The notes: generated by a model from the sequence alone, not told the origin. A stretch of 43,467 nucleotides of DNA from Octopus bimaculoides (GCF_001194135.2 NC_068983.1:144624534-144668000); one strand, 5' to 3'. Shown: positions 1 to 12,281, counted from the first letter of the stretch. Numbers and translations are program-made.

Positions 1-45
1 TATACCTCTTTTGTTTTTCAAAATTGAGATAAACAAAATTCTTTT

Positions 46-1046
46 TTAATCTATTACATACTTTCCTTCATTTTCTGCAATGCTCTTCCATCTGTCTCGT
101 AGGCTTGCAAGGCTCCTCTTCCAGAATTCACTTGTCCGTGACGAAAAATATTCCTCCAGTACTGTTCTGACTTCGTCTACAGAATTCATATTTGTTCCGT
201 CCAAATGATTTTGAAGACTGCGGAATAAATGATAATCAGATGGGGCATCGTTTCCTATTCAAACTGCTTCAGACTTTTCACTGTCATCCTCGCTGTATGT
301 GGCCGAGCATTATCCTGATGGAAGAACACCTTTCGGCTTGAGACCAAAGATAGTCGTTTTTCTTCTAGCGCTGACTTAAGCTGCCCAAGCTGCTCGCAGT
401 AGATCTCTTTTGTCATTATTTGGGTTAAGTTTAAAATTTCAAAGTGGACTAAACCTTTCATATCCCACCAAATATATAACAACACCTAACGTGACTGTAG
501 ACCTTCTTTAGCCTGGGGTACCGGTGTTTCTCCTTTCCCCAGCCACTGTCTTCTCCTTTACCTATCCGCTTGACATTTTTATAGAAAATCCATTTCTCGT
601 CACAAGTTACTATTCAGTCCAAAAAAGGTTCATTCGTGAGATGTGACAGCAAAGAAGAGCACACATATACTCTCTGCGCACTATTAGATTCGGAAAGTTT
701 GTGAGGAACCTATTGACTCAATTTACTGACTTTTCCGATGGCACGCAGGTGTCGATGACTAAATCCAAGCTTTTCTGCTAATTCCTCAACAGTTACGACA
801 GGATTTTTATTCCACCAGGGTTTCAAGGACGTCCTCGTCGTGCTCTTCAGATATTTCAGGACGAGGCTCGTCTTCTAGGCTGTAGTTTCCGGTTTGGAAT
901 TTCTGGAACCGTCGTTGACAATGGGTTACGCTTAATTTCCGGTCCCCATATACTGCATTAATATTTCTCGCACTTTTCGCTGCGTTGTTACCTTGATTGA
1001 ACTCATAAAACAAAATATGGTGAATATGCTCCTTTGTCGCTTCCAT
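46..1046 (-). mobile_element. Decayed full-length mariner (D,D34D, Mos1/Hsmar-like) transposase
   Basis: Manual minus-strand translation across frames. N-terminal HTH MEATKEHIHHILFYEFNQG (ATG 1046); *VPHKL (WVPHEL motif); IVTCDEKW; FHQDNARPH; C-terminus SDYHLFRSLQNHLDG...WKSIAENEGKYVID* (TAA at 46-48). Contains in-frame stops and frameshifts. TIRs not confidently located. Confidence 0.93.
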
Positions 1047-1948
1047 TATAGATTTAGAAAAAATAACTGTTAAAATCGAACTCCACTCTTCGAAACTTGC
1101 ACGAAGAATAAGTACAAGGTATAGTTACTACCTGCGTTTATAGCAAGTCTATGCAGGTAGTTTATCCCTCCCCCACGACTTTTGAATCAGTAAGAAGGCA
1201 TACCGTCTCAATGGGCATCGATGCAACGGCTTTGTAACCACTTTGCTGTGTTGTAATATTAATATCAATTAAATTCAACAATTAGATATTTCGAAGTAGT
1301 TTTCCATTGTTTGGCATGTCAACTAATCTTTTGTTGAGGTGTATTCATGGACGAAGATCATTCTGGATATTGTGTTTACGCCCACAAACAATATAACTAA
1401 TACGACGAAGATATAAAATTGCGTCGGTTGGAGATACTTTTGTAGTCGACTAACAATCATTTGATTCTATTCTAACATCACTTCAGGAAATAAGAATAAC
1501 AGGAAGACGTCAGGAAAACAAGAAACAAGAAAAATGTAAATTAGTCTATACCATCAGCAGTCGAACTCTTAACTAAAAAAAAAGATCTGCTAAAAGTGGA
1601 CAGCAAAGCAAAGTTTATATTACCTTTTTATGTTATAAAAACTTATTATTTAGCATCAGTGGGTTTTTTATGTGTTCATATTTATACTTCTAATTACAAA
1701 GTCTCTCTGTTCCTCACATACACACACACGTATATACATATACTTATATGCATACATACACCTAAACACACAGACACGTAAACACGTGCGCCCACACGCA
1801 CACACACACAAGTATATATACACACAAACATACTGACACGTACACGAATACACACACACACACACACACACATTCGTGAATGTGCGTGTGTGCGTGTGTG
1901 TATGTGTAAAATACTTGGATCCCAACGTGCTTGGACCCACCTGCGAAA

Positions 1949-2098
1949 TAGATTTATTGTGCTTATCGGATTTAAAAGACTTCAGGAATATTGAGTATCA
2001 GCATTTAAAATTGACAGCTGCTCCGATCTCTTTCAATTTGTAACGTCTGTACTCTGCTCACCTGAGCTCTTTAAAATCCGATAAACACAATAATTCTA
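1949..2098. repeat. ~150-bp imperfect hairpin (MITE-like)
   Basis: Left arm TAGATTTATTGTGCTTATCGGATTTAAAAGACTTCAGG matches the reverse complement of the right arm, TAGAATTATTGTGTTTATCGGATTTTAAAGAGCTCAGG. Weaker pairing continues toward the centre. Confidence 0.75.
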
Positions 2099-2602
2099 CG
2101 TTACTACCGCATCACATGCATAACCACCAGAAAAGTCATAAATGCAATAATAGAAATCCCTCTACATAATTTTCTTACACATTATTCTCATTTGCACAAA
2201 GTAGATATATTTGGGTAGATACATTACGATTGTTTTATATCTTTATTTGAATTGATTTGATTATTTTTTACTTGTTATACGTCACTTAATTATTCATCTA
2301 GTGACTACTTGAAATATTTTTACTCTCCCCGCACCTTACATTTTAAATTTTAACAGTTAAAACTAAATTAATATAATTCATTCATTTTATTTTTATTTTT
2401 TTTTTAATCTCTTACACAACATTTTATTAATCTAGCGACAACCTAATATATTCTTCACCTTTCACCGAAAGTACAATTGAAATACAACCCATTTATGGTT
2501 ATAATCATTCAATCCCTACAGAACACTATTTAAGCTTGTTGTTTTTAACTTCGACTTGACTTAATAGCCTCTATTAAGGCTTGACCCTATAGCCTCCCCC
2601 TT

Positions 2603-2997
2603 GTGGAGGCGCAATGGCCCAGTAGTTAGGGCAGCGGACTCGCGGTAATAGGATCGCGGTTTTGATTCCCAGACCGGGCGATGTGAGTGTTTATTGAGCG
2701 AAAACACCTAAAAGCTCCACGTGGCTTCGCCAGGGGATGGTGGCGAACCCTGCTGTACTCTTTCACCACTACTTTTTCTCACTCTTACTTCCTGTTTCTG
2801 TTGTGCTTGTAATTCAAAGGGTCAGCCTTGTCACACTGTGTCACGCTGAATATCCCCGAGAACTACGTTAATGGTACACGTGTCTGTGGAGTGCTCAGCC
2901 ACTTGCACGTTAATTTCACGAGCAGGCTGTTCCGTTGATCGGATCAACTGGAACCCTCGTCGTCGTAAGCGACGGAGTGCCAACACACACAACACAC
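2603..2997 (+). mobile_element. tRNA-derived SINE, family A (octopus-type), full length with target-site duplication
   Basis: tRNA-like head GTGGAGGCGCAATGGCCCAGTAGTTAGG with A-box and B-box-like GGTTTTGATTCCC; (AC)-type tail; ATAGCCTCCCC duplicated at 2589-2599 and 2998-3008; a second copy lies at 29624-29996 in the opposite orientation. Confidence 0.9.
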
Positions 2998-3240
2998 ATA
3001 GCCTCCCCTGTTGATGCTTAGTGTAACCCCTTCCTTCACACATGATATACATACGATATTATGTGAACATAAGGAGAGTTATATGTAATAAGCTGGTAAT
3101 GAATTAGNNNNNNNNNNNNNNNNNNNNNNNNNNNNNNNNNNNNNNNNNNNNNNNNNNNNNNNNNNNNNNNNNNNNNNNNNNNNNNNNNNNNNNNNNNNNN
3201 NNNNNNNNNNNNNNNNNNNNNNNNNNNNNNNNNNNNNNNN

Positions 3241-3280
<40 letters not shown>

Positions 3281-4307
3281 TAATATACATATTTACACAA
3301 AGTGAGAGAGAAAAAGCGAACAGATACACAAAGAAAATAAATGTCTTTTATAGAATATACCTGGCACCCGAATATGAAGCTGTTACATAGATATATCAAT
3401 ATAATATCAATATACTCTAAGTTTTAACTGCTTTATCAACATACACATATATACGAAAACGCAGAAGTAAAATTGGAATATGTAAATAGACTGATAGGCA
3501 TATACATATCCTAGCCTATACATAGAAACATACATAAATCCATCCATATCTACGTGAATACTTCTATATCTACACATATGCATGCATACAGACATTTATA
3601 CACATCCATCCAACCAGCTAGTCATCAAGTCATCTAATCATTCGTCCATCAGTTTATCTACCCACTCATCCATCCATCCGTAAATTCATCCATATTTACA
3701 TAGTTACATATATACACAGTCAAATTTGGATTTAAGCTGCTAGTCATTCATCGAGCTCGGTAAACAGATTACCTTGTTCAAAAATGAGAGATGTAAGAAG
3801 TATGTATATATTAATCTATATAGATATGCGTGTGCTTGCATGTACCTATATGTGCTTGTAAATATCTATGTCTAGATAAAATTACGGACTTTTACGTGCA
3901 CTAATCTATTACGAGACATGATAACATGTTCAACCATAGAAACAGAAATACATACGCAAACTATACAAAATCTGATATTAAGATTTCTGGAGTTATACAT
4001 AAACAGCGAGAGAGCAAGACAGCTAAAGCTAAAAGGTAGGTGGTTTGGTTGATAAACAAGTATTTAGAAGGTAATTCTTGAGTAAATTGTATTAAAAAGA
4101 TGGCTATTATTTAAGTATGAGTAGCTTACTGTTGTAAGCAAAGAAAGCCACATATAAACCATTAACAGGCGAATACGGAAGCGGATATATCCTAGGATTG
4201 AATTACTTGTATATATAAACAGTGTCTGGTTTCTTGAAACTTCCTCCTTCAAAAATGGTATGGTTGCGCATTGCCCACACACACTCGCAAGCACACACAC
4301 ACTCGCA

Positions 4308-4363
<56 letters not shown>

Positions 4364-4889
4364 AACAGACACACACACACATAGAAATAGGTATAGATGT
4401 TTACACGCGTGTATTCATACGCATGTATCCATCAATCAGTAAGACCCTTTTATACCATGGCCTCGAGACGATTCAAGTTTTGCNNNNNNNNNNNNNNNNN
4501 NNNNNNNNNNNNNNNNNNNNNNNNNNNNNNNNNNNNNNNNNNNNNNNNNNNNNNNNNNNNNNNNNNNNNNNNNNNNNNNNNNNNNNNNNNNNNNNNNNNN
4601 NNNNNNNNNNNNNNNNNNNNNNNNNNNNNNNNNNNNNNNNNNNNNNNNNNNNNNNNNNNNNNNNNNNNNNNNNNNNNNNNNNNNNNNNNNNNNNNNNNNN
4701 NNNNNNNNNNNNNNNNNNNNNNNNNNNNNNNNNNNNNNNNNNNNNNNNNNNNNNNNNNNNNNNNNNNNNNNNNNNNNNNNNNNNNNNNNNNNNNNNNNNN
4801 NNNNNNNNNNNNNNNNNNNNNNNNNNNNNNNNNNNNNNNNNNNNNNNNNNNNNNNNNNNNNNNNNNNNNNNNNNNNNNNNNNNNNNNNN

Positions 4890-4934
<45 letters not shown>

Positions 4935-4994
4935 CCACTCCATATACATATAAATATATATATATGCCATAATTACTATGAAGCATCGTATAGA

Positions 4995-5798
4995 ATATAT
5001 TGTATAAAGGATCGTGGGTAAGGCCAAAACGATGCGAAGTTGAATCACGAGAAAACAAATATGTCAATTTATGTAGACCTACCTTGTATTCAATATTTTG
5101 GGGGTTATGACCTCATTTTCAAGAAATAGACGAGTGTTGCCGATGTGCGTGTGTGTGAATGTGTTTGGAGTGGGCATGCGAGGAAAGGTGTCGCTATAGC
5201 AACCAGCTAGCTTCCTATAACTCTCTTCTGTTGTTGATCATGAGTTTCTTTTGGTGTATGAGGATGGCCTCAGAGATTCTAAGGTTGCCCCTGTTTCGCT
5301 GTGTTGGCTTGATGTGCTCTGTGAATTCCCGGGTTTGGCATTTCCGTAGGTGCATCTTCACGGAAGTGTCTGCCTGCATGTGTTCTTTAATGCGTATATG
5401 CAGTTTTCTTGCGCTTCCTATGTAGGATGCACCACATTTGGCACAGATGATCTTATATACAACATAGGTCCTCTGGAACAATTCAGGGTCATTGATGGGG
5501 CAGTTCGACAATGTGCACTTCCCGGAGTAGTGAGAACTATTGTTCTTGGACAAGAGCTTTTCTCAGGGAAAGGCCGGTGTGCACTATCTGTATGTCGAGT
5601 CCTTCCCTGTGGACTGCGTGTTGTATCACTGCAGTAGTTCTGTCCAAAAAGCGTGGGAGCTACCACGCTTTCACGACACATACATTAACCCAAAAATATT
5701 GAATACAAGGTAAGTCTACATTAATTCACATATTTGCTTTCTTGTGATATACCTTGCATTTACTTCGCGTTGTTTTGGTCTTACCCACGATCCTTTAT

Positions 5799-5807
<9 letters not shown>
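4995..5807 (-). mobile_element. 5'-truncated Penelope-like element (PLE): GIY-YIG endonuclease end plus 3' pLTR, with an inverted pLTR copy at the truncated 5' end
   Basis: GIY-YIG-like ORF at 5215-5553. 4995-5107 and 5686-5807 are ~115-bp inverted repeats (e.g. ATATATTGTATAAAGGATCGTGGGTAAG versus CTTACCCACGATCCTTTATACAATATAT). Inverted partial pLTRs are a known PLE insertion signature. Confidence 0.75.
5215..5553 (-). pseudogene. GIY-YIG endonuclease domain remnant (PLE type)
   Basis: VVYKIICAKCGASYIGSARKLHIRIKEH fits the PLE endonuclease pattern VVY-x3-C-x2-C-x3-YIG-x-T-x-R-x-L-x2-R-x2-EH, and LRISEAILI fits the conserved downstream E. No RT domain is present upstream. Confidence 0.8.
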
Positions 5808-5837
<30 letters not shown>

Positions 5838-5843
5838 TCCTAC

Positions 5844-5905
<62 letters not shown>

Positions 5906-5907
<2 letters not shown>

Positions 5908-6916
5908 ATAAAAAGTAGAGGACAATGAAAACGTAAACCTTATGCAGTCAAACAAATTCCTGAACGCATAAATGAAGATATTCAATCAATGTAATTGAAT
6001 CATATATATTTATACACATCGACATAAATCATGTATGTATAGACGTAAAGGTTCTCTAAGAGTATTAAGAATAAAACCAAACATGCTTAAAACTATTGGA
6101 GAGATATAAAAGCATATAAATATATAAAAATACGTATAAAATTACATACAAATAAGGATTACATGTAAAAAGTTATGCGTGATAAATATAGGAGGCACAA
6201 AACGAATGAGAGGTTGATAAATATAAGAGTAAAAATGTCAATCTTCAAAATGACAGACCACCGGAATCGTTTAAAATTTCTCCTAGATATAAGATATGCG
6301 ATAAAAGTGACACATTTTATTAGGAAATTTTGATTCTGCTTATCAGTATGATGGCAGCCACCAAGGAGTACATCATCCTGATGATGGTGATATTACATAT
6401 ATGGAAGTTTTAATTTTTTAACCCTGACCTGTGATGTACCCTGAAACGGCTGTAGATGGAACATCCTCCTATTTTTCGGATCCTCTTTATTTACTGTTCT
6501 TAACCTTGTTATCTTGTGTCACTTTTATCTCATATCTTAGATGTAGTAGAAATTTTAGACGATTTAGGTGGTCTACCATCTTGAACATTGACATTTTTAT
6601 TCCAATATTTATCAACCTCTCATTCGTTTTGTGCCTCCTATATTTATCACGCATAACTTTTTACATGTAATCCTTATTTGTATGTGATTTTATAAGTATT
6701 TTTATATATTTTTACATGCTTTTATATCTCTCCTATATTTTTATGTATGTTTGGTTTTATTCTTTATATCGTTGGAGAATCTTTACGCCTATACATGCAT
6801 GATTTATGTTGATGTCTATAAATATATACGATTCAATTGAATAGCTTCATTTATGTGTTCAGGAATTTGGTTGACTGCCTCGGATTTACGTTTTCATTTT
6901 TCTCTACTTTGTATTA
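5906..6916. repeat. ~1-kb fold-back element: ~410-bp inverted arms (5906-6314 / 6515-6916) with a 200-bp spacer
   Basis: Arms align throughout, roughly 85-90% by eye, including a perfect block of ~70 bp (ACATACAAATAAGGATTACATG...GATAAATAT versus its reverse complement at ~6610-6680). Confidence 0.92.
6373..6459 (+). ncRNA. Candidate minimal type-I hammerhead ribozyme (PLE/retrozyme type)
   Basis: Stem I TCATC(6373-6377)/GATGG(6455-6459); core CTGATGA (6378-6384); stem II GGT(G)ATATTAC/GTGATGTACC; GAAA (6443-6446); minimal stem III AC-GGCT-GT; predicted cleavage triplet GUA (after 6454). Confidence 0.55.
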
Positions 6917-7639
6917 TTTCACATTGGCTCTCTACGAGCACTCCGTAAATAGCCCATACTTTCTATAACATACTTAATATTATATATATATATATATNNN
7001 NNNNNNNNNNNNNNNNNNNNNNNNNNNNNNNNNNNNNNNNTATATATATGTATATATATATATATATATAGCACCTATATTGCTAGAAATACGAATTAAA
7101 ACCCTCAGAACAGCTGCGTGTATAGGTGTGTATCTGTGTATCTGAAATCATCCATTTCTCTTCTGTTTTTCTCTAAACTCTATACCTTACCACCTCGGGT
7201 GTCTTTTCAGTAAGTTTTGAAAGCGTTCCAGTTCTTTCTACGTCAGTGCATATGCTTGGTTGTTGATCAGTAGCTCGAAAGCTATATTCCCATCCCTGTA
7301 ATGTTGAGGAATCTAGTTAGGCAGTTGGAAGTTAATTTAGGCTGCCCTCTAAACGAACAACTGCTAAAGATATCGGTTGAAGTGTTGACACAGATCGGCT
7401 TTTGTCCATGGTTTCTCATTCCTATTATGCAATGATGTCATATTCCCATAGGATCCTGTATCTAATCCCCATTCAGTCACGGGTCTAAAGCAGCTGATTA
7501 CAAAACAACTTGCGATTACATGCATACATTTATACATACATAATACATACATACATACATACGTACATACATACATATGTATATACACGCCGGATGCCTC
7601 TACGGTCAAGCCTTTTATCGACCACTCGATCTAGCTCCG

Positions 7640-7850
7640 CTGCCTCGAGCTGGGAAGGGAATTCCGCTGGCTAGGCCATACATTATGATTTCGGCAAAAG
7701 CAGCATGGCCTGGAAGGCAGCCAGCACTATAGTGGCATGAAAATGGGTGGAAGAAGAAAGAATCCACTGTAGACCAGCAGCGGCATTTATGAGACTCACA
7801 GATCTGGAGACCAAGCCCCAGGGAGACGCCGATGTGTAGACAGTCGCTAT
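7640..7850 (+). mobile_element. Possible non-LTR retrotransposon (RTE-like) C-terminal remnant
   Basis: GC-richer island. One frame gives FRWLGHTL*...GGRRKNP, resembling the LRWxGHVxRM...GxRxxGRP motif downstream of RT in RTE-type LINEs. Heavily decayed. Confidence 0.3.
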
Positions 7851-8123
7851 TAAGCTAAATGCCAGTTGCTAGTGATGGCACTGCATTAAGCGGGAAAATG
7901 TCAGTGGTGATGCACTGGATAACGTCCCATTTCTTTGAGGGACAATGCCTATTCCATTTGTCAGCTGGGGCCATGAGGCGGTTTGAATTACAGGAAATCG
8001 AGAGAATGTAAAAATTTCGTATTTTAATTCACTTTAAATATTTTTAGCAGGTTAAAATGCTAAAAATTTGAATATACCGGGTTGTATAAAACTTTCCAAA
8101 ACTCTTTTGAGACAGTTAGCTAA

Positions 8124-8173
<50 letters not shown>

Positions 8174-8212
8174 GGTTGGTTGGTTCGTTGGCTGGTTAGT
8201 TCGTTAGTTACC

Positions 8213-8287
<75 letters not shown>
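8124..8287. repeat. Compound tetranucleotide microsatellite (TTAG)n/(TTGG)n-(TAGA)n
   Basis: Directly visible tandem units. Confidence 0.95.
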
Positions 8288-8417
8288 CTTAATCAGGCAT
8301 ATACATTTATTATTGTATAAATATCGTATTTGTTTCTAGATAAATAGAAGTGGTAATGGATGTGCATAAAGACTTCTTAATATATATGGGATTTGTGTAA
8401 GTAATAGCAGGGTGACA

Positions 8418-8463
<46 letters not shown>

Positions 8464-8983
8464 GAAAAAGAGAGGAAGAGAGTTAAAATGTTAGCCAGAC
8501 AAGCAGACATAAAGATTAAACCCGTAGATTAAGCCCATTTAAATTATCGGAATTCTTTGGCGAAACAATCTGTATTTAAATAAATAGTCTCAATGAACAT
8601 TTATTTTTGAATCTTCATGCCTATTTTTACTAGCAGTATACCAGATGTTGCTCAAACTGAAAAGTAACTGTAAATAAACCAGAATCATTTCAATGAATAT
8701 ATTTTCTGTGCCGGAAATCAAATTATTTTCCTCTCTGTAGCAATCTTTTGTCTAAATCACTGTGCTGTACTACAGACTGTTCTCAAAATTAATAATCAAT
8801 GTCATAATTTAATTCTATGCATGACATATTTAATTCGAGCTTATTAGGAAAAAGAAATGAAGTAAACATGAAAGCAGTTTTATTATATTAGTCGGTCATA
8901 GATAGTTGTGTCTTTACTTGTCTAACTCACTAAACTGCTCTATCGGAGTGGACGTTATGACAGACCGACGTTGGATTACAACA

Positions 8984-10075
8984 GTGATGACGAGGAATTA
9001 CTTACGAGAGTTAAATAAACTCAAATGGAGTTACGATTACGAAACTCACAAAAGCTTCTGTGTGAATTTTACGGTATACAAAATCTTAAAATTATGGAAA
9101 ATGTCTTGGCCGGTTTGCTAGAGTTGCAAAAACTGCAAGAACAACAACAGCTACAAGAACAATAACAACAATATTACTATTACAGCAACTAATGTTGCAA
9201 TTGATGACTAGTAAGTCGTTAAAAAATGCTGAAAATATGTTCTCGCCAGATTATGTTGCAAACTCAATAACGGAATTCATACATGAACCAGACGGAGTTA
9301 CCTTCGAGGTGGACGATAGAAGATACATACAGATCTTCAGTAAAGAGTGCAAAGATTGTAGCGACGATATGAAAACGCGTCCACTCCTCAGAAAACTGGC
9401 AGCTGGAGAACATGAGCGTTACAGTATTAACGTACTCCCGAAAAAATCTTCAGACATGAACTTTACAAATACTATAGATTTAGTGCATAAAATTTTTAGC
9501 GAGAAAAGCTCGTGGTTCAATAGACGCTGAAAATGTTTAAACATAGAAAAAAAAAAGAACAAGGAGGAGGACTACATCACATATGGTGGCAGAGTTAACA
9601 GAGAATGGGAAAAGCTCAAACTGGACGACATAACGAAAGACATGTTCAAGTGCCTGATATTTACTCAGGGACTAACTGCAGAAAAAAGACGCAGAAGTAA
9701 GAGCAAGAATTCTCGGTAAGCTGGAACAAAACCAAGCCGTAACCTTACGACAAGTGTCAGAAGAGTCTGAACGAATAGTATATCTAAGGCATGGAACAGA
9801 AAATTGAACATAAATATTGCTCTGAAGTGATACAAATGCGTCGGTAAATACAAAACAGGTAGAATAGAAAGTGTGTACTAAAATACAGTACAAACAGGGC
9901 AAAAATCAGGAAACACATCCATGTTTTGCATGTGGAGGTCTACACCTGAGACAAAAATGTCCATTTAAGAAAGTGGAATATTTCCGTTGTAGAAAAATTA
10001 GACACGTAAAAGCACACTGTAAAACCAAAACGACAAAACGTTGGAACAAAGAAAAAAGTAAACAAGATGTCGAAA
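8984..10075 (+). mobile_element. Ty3/Gypsy LTR retrotransposon remnant: putative PBS and decayed gag with two zinc knuckles
   Basis: ...TACAACA followed by GTGATGACGAGGA (PBS-like) at 8984-8996. ATG 9094 MENVLAGLLELQKLQEQQ; FSPDYVANSITEFIHEPD...LLRKL...FSEKSSWFNRR*KCL...MFKCLIFTQGL...DAEVRARILGKLE; then CFACGGLHLRQKC and YFRCRKIRHVKAHC (one intact, one degenerate CCHC). Multiple stops and frameshifts. Confidence 0.8.
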
Positions 10076-10083
10076 GAAAATGG

Positions 10084-10123
<40 letters not shown>

Positions 10124-10125
<2 letters not shown>

Positions 10126-10186
10126 TCTTTTTTTACTCTTTTACTTGTTTCAGTGTTTTGACTGTGGCCATGCTGGAGCACCGCCT
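10124..10186 (-). mobile_element. 3' end of SINE family C (rest lost in gap)
   Basis: Reverse complement AGGCGGTGCTCCAGCATGGCCACAGTC...CTGAAACAAGTAAAAGAGT matches the 3' end of the copy at ~30880-30930. Confidence 0.8.
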
Positions 10187-10626
10187 NNNNNNNNNNNNNN
10201 NNNNNNNNNNNNNNNNNNNNNNNNNNNNNNNNNNNNNNNNNNNNNNNNNNNNNNNNNNNNNNNNNNNNNNNNNNNNNNNNNNNNNNNNNNNNNNNNNNNN
10301 NNNNNNNNNNNNNNNNNNNNNNNNNNNNNNNNNNNNNNNNNNNNNNNNNNNNNNNNNNNNNNNNNNNNNNNNNNNNNNNNNNNNNNNNNNNNNNNNNNNN
10401 NNNNNNNNNNNNNNNNNNNNNNNNNNNNNNNNNNNNNNNNNNNNNNNNNNNNNNNNNNNNNNNNNNNNNNNNNNNNNNNNNNNNNNNNNNNNNNNNNNNN
10501 NNNNNNNNNNNNNNNNNNNNNNNNNNNNNNNNNNNNNNNNNNNNNNNNNNNNNNNNNNNNNNNNNNNNNNNNNNNNNNNNNNNNNNNNNNNNNNNNNNNN
10601 NNNNNNNNNNNNNNNNNNNNNNNNNN

Positions 10627-10670
<44 letters not shown>

Positions 10671-10811
10671 ATTTCTCTTATAGCCGCTCTTGATGCCTTG
10701 GACCTAGTCCGAGTTAACGTATTCGGGGTTTAAGTCTAAATTTTTCTAGCACTACGACGTGTTTTTTATTGTGAGCATATCTAGCTCTCGTCTACCGTAC
10801 AAACGCACATG

Positions 10812-10843
<32 letters not shown>

Positions 10844-11545
10844 TACACCACCCCACATATATATAATATATGCATATATAGATATAGATATTGACAAATA
10901 GATAGACAGACAAAATGATACGTACATACATACATACATACATACATACATACATACATACATACATACATACATACATCCATCCATCCATCCATACATA
11001 CATACATACATACATACATACATACATACATACAAATATTCATACATACATTAATACATACATATATAAATACGCGTATAGATATATTTCTATAGGAATA
11101 CAGAAATATCTTACGTGCATACATGTGTCACGCAAAAGTGATTCTAATATCTTTGTGATTTGTAATCTGAAGGCAAGGAACAAAAGGCCACCAGAGGGTA
11201 ACTTGAATTCTTAATTTAGATATTTGCTATTTAACACCCCGAGAAAATATGTCAAAGTGCTTAAGACAATGAATGATCTAACAGAATTGCAACTTCATAT
11301 TTGGGCAAGTAGGTACCCAATTTACCTTAAAATTAATGAATATTTCATTTCAGTAACGACAGTAGCATCTATCTATTGCTTATTTAGTGAAAGGCCTATT
11401 TGCAACGTTCATTCTGAAGCTACGATCAGTAATGTAGCTATACACAAACACTCATGCACACACATTCATTCACACTCATACAAGCTTACTTATAGGACAC
11501 AAACTCGCAAATCCTCTGTCTTCCAATCTTTCACTCTCTCTCTCT

Positions 11546-11721
11546 CTGGCAGGATCGATAGCACGCTGAGCAAAATGCTTAGCGACATTTCAGCCGAGGT
11601 CAACTTAACTGTTCATCCTTTTGTGGTTGATAAAATAAGTACCAGTTGAACACTGGGTTCGATGCGTTTGACTTAACCCCTTCCCGAAATTGCTGACCTT
11701 GTGCCAAAATTTGAAACCAAT
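11546..11721 (+). mobile_element. SINE family B, degenerate copy
   Basis: CTGGCAG...TAGCACGC...AAAATGCTTAGCG...GATAAAATAAGTACCAGTTG aligns with 30314-30512. Confidence 0.75.
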
Positions 11722-12281
11722 CGTAGAAACTGTTAATGATATTGTGAAATATATTTATTTCACTGATGCAATATTTTAAAATCTATTGAATGTAAACAAC
11801 GCTTTCCGATGTACTCTCTTCAGAAACGTGACGATATCGATCTACAAAACGACACTGCGGAAATACTGATTTGAACACATTTTTATACTAATAAAAATGT
11901 CTATCTTTCCTATACTATACATGTAGTTTGGAATAATTCAACTGTAAGAACAAAATCCTATATTACTCAACAGGCTTCAAGAAATACCACGGAAAATATG
12001 ATATAATTATTTCAAATGTAAAAGTGCGATGAAAGAAGAAATGCGTAACACAGGAACTACATGTGCTACTTTCAGCATGGCATCCTTAATTGATATGGAC
12101 AGCAATGAAACCAGTCATGTCTGCAAGATGAGAGTGGACATCCTTTCAAACTGACTTTAATAACTTGTTTTAACTATACGTTTAGAATATGTCAAGCGAT
12201 GTTTATTGACTGGTGAAGTACATGTGATACTGATGTACTTATAATATTGTATATGCTGGAATGTTTAATATATATATACAC

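Noticed and set aside
1127-1161. 9-bp inverted repeat upstream of the mariner ATG as the TIR
   Set aside because: Too short and internal; no matching partner at the 3' end within the window.
2603-2680. Possible tRNA gene (also 29920-29996 and 30314-30400)
   Set aside because: The tRNA-like heads continue into 200-400-bp repeated bodies, with tails and (for family A) TSDs, so they are SINEs, not tRNA genes.
8800-8983. 5' LTR of the Gypsy remnant
   Set aside because: The 3' CA boundary and PBS are plausible, but no second LTR is visible, so the 5' boundary cannot be defined.
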